64,000 nt of DNA from Bacteroidaceae bacterium (GCA_017547165.1 JAFYQK010000001.1:95422-159421); one strand, 5' to 3'. Numbered from the stretch's first letter, positions 1-9,390 are shown. Numbers and translations are program-made. Notes: generated by a model from the sequence alone, not told the origin.

Positions 1-196
1 CGACATAGACGCCGTCATAATGGGTGGAGGCATTACCTTCAAGGGTGGTCCGAAAAGGGAGAAGAATCCCCGCGAGCCAGAGAAGGTAAAGACCAAGGCC
101 AAGAAGAAACAATATATCACAGGTGCTCATGGTAGTGGTGCGGCCAAGAAGAAAGCCGATATCCGTCGCCAGAGAGCCAATCGCCATAAGAAATGA
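1..196 (+). CDS. 3' end of an unidentified CDS entering from upstream (Lys/Arg-rich C-terminal tail)
   Basis: The frame is open from the window edge and reads ...DAVIMGGGITFKGGPKREKNPREPEKVKTKAKKKQY...RRQRANRHKK*. The TGA at 194-196 overlaps the ATG at 193 of the next gene (ATGA). Confidence 0.4.
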   Translation, partial: DIDAVIMGGGITFKGGPKREKNPREPEKVKTKAKKKQYITGAHGSGAAKKKADIRRQRANRHKK

Positions 197-2247
197 ACCT
201 TAGGAGTATTTTGCTTATACTCAATATAATTTTCCCTCTTCTGATATTTTCTCAGGAGAGGGACTCTATTATGGCACCTTCGCTTGAGTACGATAGTATA
301 TTTAGTATGTCTGAACTGAGTGTCTATGCTCGTCGTGCCGATGAAATTGTTCCCAGTCAGCGTCTTAGTGGCAAACGTTTGGAGGCACTCTCAACTCATT
401 CTGTTGCTGATGCCTTGCGTTATTTTAGCGGAGTGCAGATAAAGGATTATGGTGGGGTAGGAGGTCTGAAGACCATAGATATTCGTAGTATGGGCACTAA
501 TCATATGGGAGTATTCTATGACGGAATACAATTAGGAAATGCCCAGAATGGATTAGTCGATCTCGGTCGTTTTTCTCTGGATAATGTAGAGGAAATAGCT
601 TTGTACAACGGACAGAAAGCACAGATATTCCAACCAGCCCGAGATTATGGAACATCAGGCTCCGTATACATTCGTACGCGACGTCCTCGTTTTGACGAAG
701 GTAAGAACTATAACTTGCGCACCACGCTCAAAGGTGGTAGTTTTGGACTTCTCAATCCCTCATTGGTGTGGGAACAAAAATGGAATTCCAGCATCACCTC
801 CAGCATTAGTGCAGAGTATACCAATGCTTCTGGTAAGTATAAGTTTCGATATCGTCGTGTTCTTCCTTCCGGACAAGTGGCATGGGACACTACGGCTGTG
901 CGACAGAATGGTGATATACAAGCCTATCGCATTGAGGGAGCTGTTTTTGGTAAAACTTCCGATGGAACATGGAATGCCAAAGCATATTACTACGACTCGG
1001 AACGAGGCATTCCTGGCGCTATTGTGAATAATGTATGGAACCATGCCCAACGGCAGTGGGACAAAAACTTTTTTGTACAAGCTCAGTGGACTAAACACAT
1101 CAGCAATCGATACAAGTTTCAAATCAATGGCAAGTTTGCCAACGATCGCATGCGTTATCTTAATCCCGATACCACGCAAAGATACCAGGATAATCGTTTC
1201 TGTCAGAACGAGTTTTATCTAAGTACATCTCACTATGTGGAACTTTTGCCTGGGTGGCAGATGAACATGGCTGCAGATTATCAGTATAACAGTCTTTCGG
1301 CATCGCTTGCCAACTTTGCTCCTCCTCAGCGTCACACATTGCTCTTGGCCCTTGCAACTCAATACGAGTACGGTCGTATGCGCCTGATGGCATCGCTTCT
1401 CGGTACCAATGTATGGGATAGGGTAGATTTTGCTAACAATATCACCACGTCCGGTAATTTCCTCTCTCGTTGGTCACCAGCTCTATATCTTTCGTATAAG
1501 CCCTTAGCACAATTAGAAGATTTCTCTTTGCGTGCATTTTATAAGAGCATCTTCCGTTTGCCTACATTTAATGATTTATATTATACAGAGATAGGAAACA
1601 CCCAACTCAAACCAGAGAATACCCATCAGTGGAATCTTGGCTTTATCTACGCTCGTGATTGGCATCAGGGGATATGTCGCCATATAGAGATAAAGTCAGA
1701 TGCATATTTTAATCTTGTCGATAATAAAATCATTGGCGTGCCAAAAGGTTCGGGCCAATACCGATGGATGATGATGAATTTGGGTAAGGTGCATATATTT
1801 GGTATTGAGAGTACTGCCGAGACTGTTCTGCGTCTTCAACGCCACACAAACTTATTGCTTTCGGCCAACTATACCTATCAATCCGCTACCGACCATACCA
1901 ATCCAACGGATAATGATCCATACTATGGCACTTATGGCGGTCAGATAGCTTACGTTCCTTGGCATAGTGCCAGTTTGGCAGGAACACTTTCGTGGAAATC
2001 TGCTTCTCTAAATTACTCGTTTATTTATGTAGGAGAACGCTACCATACAAGTGCTAACACAAGAGAAAACTACGAACAACCTTGGTATACCCACGATATT
2101 TCTGCCTCCTACCGATTGCAAAGGCGCAAGTTCACTCTTGTCTTCACTCTCGAGTGTAACAATCTCTTCAATCAACAATACGAAGTTATTCTTAATTATC
2201 CTATGCCGGGCAGAAGCTGGAAAGGAATATTAAGAGCTGAGTTTTAA
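193..2247 (+). CDS. TonB-dependent outer-membrane receptor (BtuB/CirA size class)
   Basis: 684-aa ORF with a signal peptide (..LLIFSQE). Plug-domain motifs are present (DIRSMG, GVFYDGIQLGN, EEIALYNG). A long beta-barrel region ends in a terminal aromatic residue (..LRAEF). Confidence 0.85.
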   Translation: MNLRSILLILNIIFPLLIFSQERDSIMAPSLEYDSIFSMSELSVYARRADEIVPSQRLSGKRLEALSTHSVADALRYFSGVQIKDYGGVGGLKTIDIRSMGTNHMGVFYDGIQLGNAQNGLVDLGRFSLDNVEEIALYNGQKAQIFQPARDYGTSGSVYIRTRRPRFDEGKNYNLRTTLKGGSFGLLNPSLVWEQKWNSSITSSISAEYTNASGKYKFRYRRVLPSGQVAWDTTAVRQNGDIQAYRIEGAVFGKTSDGTWNAKAYYYDSERGIPGAIVNNVWNHAQRQWDKNFFVQAQWTKHISNRYKFQINGKFANDRMRYLNPDTTQRYQDNRFCQNEFYLSTSHYVELLPGWQMNMAADYQYNSLSASLANFAPPQRHTLLLALATQYEYGRMRLMASLLGTNVWDRVDFANNITTSGNFLSRWSPALYLSYKPLAQLEDFSLRAFYKSIFRLPTFNDLYYTEIGNTQLKPENTHQWNLGFIYARDWHQGICRHIEIKSDAYFNLVDNKIIGVPKGSGQYRWMMMNLGKVHIFGIESTAETVLRLQRHTNLLLSANYTYQSATDHTNPTDNDPYYGTYGGQIAYVPWHSASLAGTLSWKSASLNYSFIYVGERYHTSANTRENYEQPWYTHDISASYRLQRRKFTLVFTLECNNLFNQQYEVILNYPMPGRSWKGILRAEF

Positions 2248-2283
2248 AACGATAGAGGAAATGACCAGCAACACACGCATAGC

Positions 2284-3450
2284 ATGAATATTTTCAAACA
2301 CCTCAGGCTTATCCTAATAATTGGGATTATTTTTTCCTCCCTTTCATCGTGTCGCCACGATATTATTATCTGGCCCACTGACCAGGAGCAGATAGGTTCA
2401 AGTCAAACAACCAGTATTTCGGCATTCTATTTGCTTAATGAAGGCAATTGGGGAAGCAATAAATGCACCCTTGACCACTATGATTATGCCACGGCAACAT
2501 ATACGCGCAATATTTACTCATGGGCAAATCCGTCTGTTGTAGCCGGTTTGGGCGATGTCGGTAACGACCTTCAAGTTTATGGCTCTCGGCTTTGGGCAAT
2601 AATAAACTGTAGCAACAAGATTGAGGTGATGGATGCACGAACTGCTTCTCGTGTGGGACAGGTAAACCTTGCCAGTCCGCGTTATATTGCTTTTCATCAA
2701 GGTTATGCTTATGTGACAAGTTATGCAGGACCTGTACAGGAAGGAAATTCATATAATCAATTAGGTATTGTCGTTAAGATTGATACACTTACTCTCGAGA
2801 AAGTAGATACTTGTGTTGTTGGTTTTCAACCTGACGGCATTGCTGTGGTTGGCAACAGACTTTATGTAGCGAATAGCGGTGGATATCTCGTGCCAAATTA
2901 CGAAAACACTCTTTCGGTTATTGACCTTCAAACATTTTCCGAAACAGGGCGTATAGCCGTAGATACCAACCTGCATCGCATTTTACCCGACAAATATGGC
3001 AATCTGTGGGTATCCTCTCGAAGTGATTATTACGATAAACCAAGTGCCCTCTATCGCATCTCTAACCTGAACGATACTCCACTCATTAACCATATTTCGG
3101 CATCTAACTCAAGTAACATTGTTGTCTCCAATATGGCGCTCAAGGGGGACTCGCTCTTTGTGATAGGAAATGATTTCTCTTATACCACCAACCTCGCAAC
3201 GCGCAATTTCGCAATCGTGAATGTTCGTACGGCTCAAGTGCTTACAACTAATTTTATCTCTGATGACACCGACAACGAAATACTTGATGCCTATGGTTTG
3301 GCGGTAAATCCTTATAGTGGAGAGATTTTCATCACCGACGCTAATGGATATGTCAATCCTGGAATACTAAGATGTTATTCTCCTCAAGGACTATTGCAAT
3401 GGAAGATACGCACTGGCGATATTCCTGCACATATAGCGTTTATGCCCTAA
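2284..3450 (+). CDS. Surface lipoprotein, YncE/DUF5074-like beta-propeller (BtuG-like architecture, putative)
   Basis: 388-aa ORF with a lipobox (..SLSSC). Repeated blade-like segments occur (GNRLYVANSGG, GEIFITDANG). It lies immediately downstream of the TBDR. Confidence 0.55.
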   Translation: MNIFKHLRLILIIGIIFSSLSSCRHDIIIWPTDQEQIGSSQTTSISAFYLLNEGNWGSNKCTLDHYDYATATYTRNIYSWANPSVVAGLGDVGNDLQVYGSRLWAIINCSNKIEVMDARTASRVGQVNLASPRYIAFHQGYAYVTSYAGPVQEGNSYNQLGIVVKIDTLTLEKVDTCVVGFQPDGIAVVGNRLYVANSGGYLVPNYENTLSVIDLQTFSETGRIAVDTNLHRILPDKYGNLWVSSRSDYYDKPSALYRISNLNDTPLINHISASNSSNIVVSNMALKGDSLFVIGNDFSYTTNLATRNFAIVNVRTAQVLTTNFISDDTDNEILDAYGLAVNPYSGEIFITDANGYVNPGILRCYSPQGLLQWKIRTGDIPAHIAFMP

Positions 3451-3497
3451 TAATATAGATTTAAACATAGTATCTCACAATACACCTTATTATATAT

Positions 3498-4565
3498 ATG
3501 AGCAATACACACCCACAACCATCCATACTTATAATCTATACAGGTGGTACTATAGGCATGATTGAGGATCCTGAAACTGGTGCCTTGCTAAATTTCGACT
3601 TTGAACATTTCCGTCATTATGTTCCCGAACTCAAACGCTTCGATTATCGTATAGAGTCCTACACCTTCTCTCCTCCAATCGATTCCAGCGACATGGAACC
3701 CAAGCATTGGGTCAAGATTGCTCAGGTTATCTCCGATAACTATAATCTTTACGATGGTTTTGTTGTTCTGCATGGTACGGATACTATGGCTTACACGGCT
3801 TCGGCTCTAAGTTTTATGCTTGAGAATCTCGGTAAGCCTGTCATCATCACAGGTGCGCAGTTGCCCATAGGTAAACTTCGTACCGACGGCAAGGAAAACC
3901 TTCTTACATCCATAGAAATCGCTGCAGCTCGCAATGCCGAGGGGTTGCCTATGGTACCCGAGGTGTGCATCTTCTTCGAGAATCGTTTGATGCGCGGCAA
4001 TCGTACGACCAAAATCAATGCCGAGGGATTTAACGCTTTCCGTTCGTTTAACTTCCCCTCTCTTGCCGATGCTGGTATTCGCATAAAATATGATACGAAA
4101 CTCATTCGTCGTCCGGTTGCTGGTGCTCCTTTGCGTGTTCATCATTTGTTAGATACCAGCATCTTTATTCTTACTCTTTTTCCTGGTATACAAAGGGAGT
4201 ATGTTGATGCTGTTATGCAGATGCCCAATCTCCGTGCACTTGTTATAAAGACTTATGGTTCGGGCAATGCTCCCCAGAAACCTTGGCTTTTTGAGAAGTT
4301 ACGACAGCTCGACCAGCGAGGTGTCATTATCGTTAATATCACCCAATGTTCTCAAGGTTCTGTTGAGATGCGCCGTTATGCAACGGGACTTCAACTTCTT
4401 CAGGCAGGTGTTGTCAATGGTTATGATGGAACCCTCGAGGGCACCGTCACCAAACTCATGTATCTTCTGGGACAAAACCTTACCAAGGCAGAGATACTCC
4501 AGCAACTCAATACTAATATTGCAGGTGAAATAACATTATCAGACGAAAATTCAATACCGAACTGA
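3498..4565 (+). CDS. ansA: L-asparaginase, type I (cytoplasmic)
   Basis: 355 aa. The N-terminal IYTGGTIGM threonine motif and the HGTDTMAYTASAL motif are present. Confidence 0.9.
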   Translation: MSNTHPQPSILIIYTGGTIGMIEDPETGALLNFDFEHFRHYVPELKRFDYRIESYTFSPPIDSSDMEPKHWVKIAQVISDNYNLYDGFVVLHGTDTMAYTASALSFMLENLGKPVIITGAQLPIGKLRTDGKENLLTSIEIAAARNAEGLPMVPEVCIFFENRLMRGNRTTKINAEGFNAFRSFNFPSLADAGIRIKYDTKLIRRPVAGAPLRVHHLLDTSIFILTLFPGIQREYVDAVMQMPNLRALVIKTYGSGNAPQKPWLFEKLRQLDQRGVIIVNITQCSQGSVEMRRYATGLQLLQAGVVNGYDGTLEGTVTKLMYLLGQNLTKAEILQQLNTNIAGEITLSDENSIPN

Positions 4566-4645
4566 TTTCTTTTTCATTTCATACATCAAACAAGGCATTT
4601 TGTACAACGCCCTCTTTTTTGCTTTGTCAACGGATAAAAGCGATA

Positions 4646-4653
4646 TATCTTTG
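4646..4653 (+). promoter_or_regulatory. Bacteroidetes -7 promoter motif TAnnTTTG (TATCTTTG)
   Basis: Exact match to the TAnnTTTG consensus, about 75 nt upstream of the ATG at 4727. Confidence 0.4.
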
Positions 4654-4726
4654 CAATGTCAAAACAGAACAACAACAGCTAAGACATAGCAAGATATAAA
4701 GTTTAACCCTATAAAACAAAAAAGTT

Positions 4727-5050
4727 ATGAAAAAGATTTTTATTGCTCTTCTCACATGTGTAAGCCTCAATGCAAGTGCTGCAACCGATTTCGACAAGTG
4801 GTTTGGTATACTGAAGCAGGATCCAGTAGGTACCACCTATGGCGTAACCTCCAAGAAAAATGGTAATTTCGTCATTGCTACCCCAATCAAGACTTTCGAG
4901 GTAAAACGTACAGCCAAGAATACTTATGAGGTGCTGGGCATGACAGTTGGCGTGAAGCAGCACAATGCCCATACTTTCACATTAACCACACCTTTAGGCA
5001 CTTGGAAGGTAGACACTCGCAAAGCTACGGTTGTTAAGACAGAGAAATAA
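4727..5050 (+). CDS. Small secreted hypothetical protein
   Basis: 107-aa ORF with a signal peptide (MKKIFIALLTCVSLNASA). A promoter motif lies upstream and a hairpin terminator downstream. Confidence 0.55.
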   Translation: MKKIFIALLTCVSLNASAATDFDKWFGILKQDPVGTTYGVTSKKNGNFVIATPIKTFEVKRTAKNTYEVLGMTVGVKQHNAHTFTLTTPLGTWKVDTRKATVVKTEK

Positions 5051-5116
5051 TCTTTGCGAAGTGCCAGAGTGTAAATATTTAGGTAGGTTCTATAAATTAC
5101 CTTTGGTAAATGTTAT

Positions 5117-5159
5117 CCGCCAGACTTGGACGTAATGCCAGGTGTGGCGGTTTGATGTT
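5117..5159 (+). terminator. Intrinsic terminator-like hairpin
   Basis: CCGCCAGACTTGG (5117-5129) pairs with CCAGGTGTGGCGG (5138-5150), followed by TTTGATGTT. Confidence 0.55.
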
Positions 5160-5240
5160 ATAATTGAAATTCTAAAAAAGCTGTCTTCACACTTGAACCG
5201 AAATAAGATTCATATCTCACTTATATTCAACCATACAATG

Positions 5241-5290
5241 AAGGGAACCTTATGAATTGATACCATAACGTTCCCTTTGTTTTTGTTTTC
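5241..5290 (+). terminator. Second intrinsic terminator-like hairpin in the same gene-free gap
   Basis: AAGGGAAC..TTATG / CATAA..GTTCCCTT extended stem (5241-5277), followed by TGTTTTTGTTTT. Confidence 0.6.
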
Positions 5291-5605
5291 CCTAAGAAGC
5301 AATCTTTTATAACAATATGTCGATTTGTTCTCGGTAAGTTGAAAAATAATAGAGTTACCGATAAAGAATCTACGGATTAAAAAAGAACATGTACAGCGGA
5401 ACCGTACAAAGCGAAGTTGTACTTGATGATCTTTTTATAGAATAGCCAAAAATGTGATGGTCTCTTGTAGTATCTCTTATAATGATAGCAATAATTTTCT
5501 CAAAGATAGCATAAATTTTAGCATTTCGCCATACCTATGTCCTGCTAATCTCCTGAAGGGGGGTAAAAAACAAGGGAGTTCATTGTAACTCTCTGTAAAC
5601 TTCCG

Positions 5606-5613
5606 TATATTTG
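5606..5613 (+). promoter_or_regulatory. -7 promoter motif TATATTTG
   Basis: TAnnTTTG match 22 nt upstream of the ATG at 5635. Confidence 0.45.
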
Positions 5614-5634
5614 TCTTTGTAAAAACGTATATCT

Positions 5635-6069
5635 ATGCCAAAGAAAACATACACCACTTTGCCGGAACATTTTTCGGGATGTATTCATTCCGATTGCCCC
5701 ATGGCAGCTGCATGCCTTCGTCAGCTAGCTTATTCCACGATGATGGAGGATGAGGATTTTCTTCGCATGGTAAACCCTCGCCATTGTTCTATGGACAAGG
5801 ATTGTAAGTTCTACCGAGATGCCGCCCCCGCACGCTATGCCAAGGGATTTACCAATTTCCAGAAGAAGATGTTCCCAGAGCAGTATCGTGATTTTATGTC
5901 TACGCTCATTGTGCACTTTGGACGTTCGGCTTATTTCGAACGACGTAGTGGCGAAACACTCCTTTCTCCCACCGAACAGGAAATAGTTCTTGACGCCTTG
6001 CATCAGGTGGGTGTGAAAGAAGATTTCAAGTTTGATGACTATGTTGAATTATACAACTGGTTTAACTAA
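5635..6069 (+). CDS. Hypothetical Cys-rich small protein (conserved Bacteroidales DUF-type, unassigned)
   Basis: 144-aa ORF with its own promoter motif. Five Cys residues fall in the first ~60 aa (..GCIHSDCPMAAACLRQ.., ..HCSMDKDCKFY..). Confidence 0.5.
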   Translation: MPKKTYTTLPEHFSGCIHSDCPMAAACLRQLAYSTMMEDEDFLRMVNPRHCSMDKDCKFYRDAAPARYAKGFTNFQKKMFPEQYRDFMSTLIVHFGRSAYFERRSGETLLSPTEQEIVLDALHQVGVKEDFKFDDYVELYNWFN

Positions 6070-6128
6070 ATCAGTTCTATAGTATTCCTTACCGTATTCC
6101 ATAGAATAACGTACCGCACTCTTAATCC

Positions 6129-6249
6129 AGTCCTTTAGTATTCGGACTAGAGTCCTCCTATATTCGGACTGCAGTCCTTCAGCGTAAGGACTGCAGTTTG
6201 GGCGTAGTGGTACTGAAATAAGTCCTCTGTCCCCATAAGAGATGGACTT
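6129..6249. repeat. Array of four AGTCC(T)...(A)GGACT hairpins; the first three are tandem with ~22-bp period
   Basis: Hairpin 1 is agtcctttagtattcggact (6129-6148). Hairpin 2 is agtcctcctatattcggact (6151-6170). Hairpin 3 is gcagtccttcagcgtaaggactgc (6171-6194). Hairpin 4 is aagtcc..ggactt (6220-6249). Confidence 0.7.
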
Positions 6250-6372
6250 TGTGGAGCGTCAAGCGATTAATGGTAATGTGGAGCGGAGATTAATTGTCCA
6301 CTTCGCACTTTGTGCTTGTCTCCCATAATTTCGGTGGATAGTCTTTGAGCGGTGAGCGGAAATAAAAAGTGA

Positions 6373-6409
6373 AGAGCACCTTGTGGCGAGAATATCAACA
6401 GGGTGCTCT
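6373..6409 (-). terminator. Intrinsic terminator of the serine-hydrolase gene
   Basis: AGAGCACCTTGT / ACAGGGTGCTCT stem. On the minus strand it is followed by TCACTTTTTATTT. Confidence 0.55.
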
Positions 6410-6440
6410 ATTAGTGTAATAAAAATGGTGTGAAGGTGCA

Positions 6441-7919
6441 TTATCGGGTTGTGACTTGCACTTTTTTGCCTGTGTCGTGAGGTGTGATGGTGATTGTGGG
6501 GGATGATTGCTCGGAGAAGTGAATCTGCAAGGAGGCACTGGTGAGCCAGTCTGTCCAATGAAGCTGGATGTTGAGGGTGGTGGTGTCTGTCCAGCCGTAG
6601 GAACCCGACACGTGCCAGATAGTGGGAAGGTTGCTGAAGTTGCCCTGGAAGGGTGGGTTGTAGTAGGGAAGGGCATTGAACTCGCTTTCTATCCATTGGC
6701 CATGACCCAGGGCGATGGTGTATGCCTTTTCCTGGGTGTCCTGGATGTGCACGAACAGGGTGTCGGCATTGTTACCGAAACGCAGGCGTTTCCAATTCAG
6801 TGGGTTTTTGCTAAGGGTGAGCCATGTGCAGTCAAGAGGTTTGTGTGGTGCCTCTTCTCCTTGGGCAAGGGGTAGAGTATAGTCGCAGAAGGAGGTTACA
6901 AGGTTGCTCTGGGGCAGAGTATCAGCCTTACAATTGTCAACAAGCATAGTCTTTATCCACTCTTTCACGGGGGCAGATTTACCTGTGCATTGCGTCAGGC
7001 TTACCACCATGTCTGCCTCGGGGATGATGAAGATGTACTGACCATAAGCACCATTGGCTTCTGCCCAACCGGGGTATTGTGTTTGCCAGATGTGGTAACT
7101 ATATCGCCCGTTAGAGGTTTGCGGTTTCATCATTTCCCCCACCCACCACGAGGGTACGATTTCCTTGCCCATCCATGTGCCCTTATTCAAAAGCAATTGT
7201 CCGAGCATGGGCATTGTTTCGGGACGGATGTATAGTCCCCAACCTCCGCAGGTGATGCCTTCGGGGCTCTCTTCCCATAGAGCGTCGGTGATGCCGAGGG
7301 GGTGGAAGAGTCTTTCCTGGAGGAGGTCCATGAGAGTTTGTCCGGTGACTTTTTGTACTATGGCAGAAAGCAGGTAGGACATGATGCTGTCGTATGCCCA
7401 TCGTGTGCCGGGGGCTGAGGTGGGTTTCTTGGAAAGGTAGGCATGGAGCCATTGGGTTTCGCGAATCCTCATCTTGGTATCCACGGGGATTCCGCTCTGC
7501 ATGGTGAGCAGGTCGCGCACGGTGATGGTGCGTATGCCCTGGGAGGCATGGGGTGGGATGCTGAGGAACTTGCCAATGGTATCATTGAGGGCGATGAGGC
7601 TGTCTGCCAGGCACATGCCCACGGCCAGAGAGGTGAAGGTCTTGGAGATGGAGTAGGTGGTGTGGCGGTAGTCCTTGCGCCAGGGGTGGGGGTACATCTC
7701 GGCAACCACATGGCCGTGCCTCATGACGATGCACGAATGCACCTCGGTGCGAGAGTCCTGCATCAGGGTGTCCATGAACTCTTGTATGTAGGCAGATGAA
7801 ATTCCCTGTACCTCAGGGATGGAGCGAGGCAAGAGATCTTCTGCGCTGGTCCTATTAAAAAACGCACTACCAATGAGTAGTGCGATTATAAAGTGTATGA
7901 TGCGATATGGGGTATGCAT
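6441..7919 (-). CDS. Serine hydrolase, beta-lactamase/transpeptidase-like family (class C-type fold)
   Basis: 492 aa with a signal peptide and the S-x-x-K motif (YSISKTFTS). The many opposite-strand ORFs in this interval are shadows. Confidence 0.8.
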   Translation of the reverse strand: MHTPYRIIHFIIALLIGSAFFNRTSAEDLLPRSIPEVQGISSAYIQEFMDTLMQDSRTEVHSCIVMRHGHVVAEMYPHPWRKDYRHTTYSISKTFTSLAVGMCLADSLIALNDTIGKFLSIPPHASQGIRTITVRDLLTMQSGIPVDTKMRIRETQWLHAYLSKKPTSAPGTRWAYDSIMSYLLSAIVQKVTGQTLMDLLQERLFHPLGITDALWEESPEGITCGGWGLYIRPETMPMLGQLLLNKGTWMGKEIVPSWWVGEMMKPQTSNGRYSYHIWQTQYPGWAEANGAYGQYIFIIPEADMVVSLTQCTGKSAPVKEWIKTMLVDNCKADTLPQSNLVTSFCDYTLPLAQGEEAPHKPLDCTWLTLSKNPLNWKRLRFGNNADTLFVHIQDTQEKAYTIALGHGQWIESEFNALPYYNPPFQGNFSNLPTIWHVSGSYGWTDTTTLNIQLHWTDWLTSASLQIHFSEQSSPTITITPHDTGKKVQVTTR

Positions 7920-7988
7920 AGAGTACAGATTGAGGTAGAGAAAGTGGGATTTATATCTTTTCTATACTTTATATAAGTTATCGGAGTA

Positions 7989-8031
7989 CCTAAGAGAACC
8001 TAAGATGGCATGTTTTTTGCTCACTGCTCAC
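7989..8031. repeat. Short word repeats: CCTAAGAGAA/CCTAAGATGG (10-bp period) followed by GCTCACTGCTCAC
   Basis: Read directly from the sequence. On the sense (minus) strand the upstream gene ends TAG-TGAGCAGTGAGC. Confidence 0.6.
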
Positions 8032-9356
8032 TATTCAATTTCCATGGGTTCCGACTCGTTGCCAAAGTCGTCAAGTTTGGTTATTGCAAGGTGTTTGTTA
8101 AAAAGGCGTGCCATGAGTGTGTTATATTGTGGCTTGCCCCAAAAGATGCGCACGATATTCTCCGGATTGTTGGTGTCTACAGGATAAGTGTCCGAGGCAT
8201 AAAGAACATATCGTGGCGTGCGTTTCTTTTCTGTTGGATATTCCTTCGTGTTCTTCAGCGGCGGATGCAAGGCTGGGGTAGTGTAGTAATGGTTACGCAC
8301 CCATGTTTCCAATCCTTTAACATTTCTCAAAAGAAACTGAGCACGGAAGTATGCCGCTCCACCCATGTTCATTTGGCGAATGAACTGCAACTCGCGAGTG
8401 ACTTCGTGGAGATCCCAATCCTTCTCTTCGGGAGCAAGGAAATAGATACCAAGACCAGGTGCTATAACCTTACCACTACTGCGCTCTTGCCAATCTGCAG
8501 CAAAGGGGAAGAAGTGATTACCCTTGAAATACATCATAGGCGAGATCATATCCATAATGCCCTCCTTAAGCCAAAGTGCCGCATCTTGATATACTGCATG
8601 GTACGCATTCCATCCACGAGCCGAGTATCTTGATACATCACGATATTTTCCCACTGGACTGCATGAGACCTTTATCCAAGGTTTCTCCTGTTTGATGGCG
8701 TGGTAGAGTTGGCGTACTATGCGCGTGATGTTATTGCGTCTCCAGTCCTCTTGGTTCTTCTCCGTTTTCTCGGGGTAGCGGATATAGTCAAAATGAATGC
8801 CGTCAATATCGTATCGGCTAGCTATTTCTCTGCATAGTCGCTCCAAATAATCTGCTGTCCCTTTTTTTGCGGGATCCATATAATAAGTCCCATTCTTCTT
8901 ATATAGAAGTTCAGGATGAGTGTAAATGAGAGCTTTTTTGCCGAGGATTTTAGGGTTGGGGATTTTAAATGCCGGAATAGTTACTAACCAGGCATGGCAC
9001 TCCATACCACGTTTGTGGCATTCGTCAATAGCAAATTGCAGAGGGTCGTAACCGGGATTCTTGTCATATTTTCCGGTAAGAGATATATCCCAGGGTTCTA
9101 TGTTTGAAGGATATATGACTGCTCCTCGGGTGCGCGTTTGCAAATATATTGTGTTGATGCCATCTTGTTGCAGACGGTCGAGAATGGTGCAGAGTTCTTG
9201 TTGTTGTGCTTTGCGCCCAGCATCAGAATTTGCTTTTGCCTTAGGCCAATCAAGTGATTCTATAGTAGTGAGCCAAACGGCGCGAACCTCATGTTTAGGC
9301 ATAGCATATACTGCCATGCTCCATAATATCATAAATAATGTAAAAAAGCATTTCAT
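8031..9356 (-). CDS. COG1649 / glycoside-hydrolase-like 10 (YngK-like) family protein, secreted
   Basis: Start chosen at MKCFFTLFMILWSMAVYA (signal peptide); the ORF track extends to 9419. It shares motifs with its paralogue at 22300-23817 (EVRAVWLTT, GMECHAW, DGIHFDYIRYP). Confidence 0.7.
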   Translation of the reverse strand: MKCFFTLFMILWSMAVYAMPKHEVRAVWLTTIESLDWPKAKANSDAGRKAQQQELCTILDRLQQDGINTIYLQTRTRGAVIYPSNIEPWDISLTGKYDKNPGYDPLQFAIDECHKRGMECHAWLVTIPAFKIPNPKILGKKALIYTHPELLYKKNGTYYMDPAKKGTADYLERLCREIASRYDIDGIHFDYIRYPEKTEKNQEDWRRNNITRIVRQLYHAIKQEKPWIKVSCSPVGKYRDVSRYSARGWNAYHAVYQDAALWLKEGIMDMISPMMYFKGNHFFPFAADWQERSSGKVIAPGLGIYFLAPEEKDWDLHEVTRELQFIRQMNMGGAAYFRAQFLLRNVKGLETWVRNHYYTTPALHPPLKNTKEYPTEKKRTPRYVLYASDTYPVDTNNPENIVRIFWGKPQYNTLMARLFNKHLAITKLDDFGNESEPMEIE

Positions 9357-9382
9357 GTTGACAAAGGTAATAAAAAAGTTTG

Positions 9383-9390
9383 TATATTTG
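9383..9390 (+). promoter_or_regulatory. -7 promoter motif TATATTTG
   Basis: TAnnTTTG match upstream of the ATG at 9459. Confidence 0.4.

Noticed and set aside
6259-7799. Multiple 80-145-aa ORFs overlapping the serine-hydrolase gene on both strands (e.g. 6259-6696, 6507-6875, 7443-7799).
   Set aside because: These are shadow ORFs typical of a GC-richer gene, with Pro/Arg/Gly-rich nonsense translations. The same applies to the long antisense ORFs inside these genes: lysS (17152-18003), the GHL10 paralogue at 22300-23817 (23155-23862), CotH (32370-33164), dnaA (36525-37247), the nitroreductase fusion (37795-38514), oadA/oadB (41424-42365), the RND pump gene and the M18 aminopeptidase gene.
9362-9369. 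TACCTTTG promoter motif on the minus strand, 6 nt upstream of the chosen GHL10 start (9356).
   Set aside because: It is too close to the ATG to be compatible with that start unless the mRNA is leaderless. I could not decide between start sites, so I did not annotate it as a promoter.
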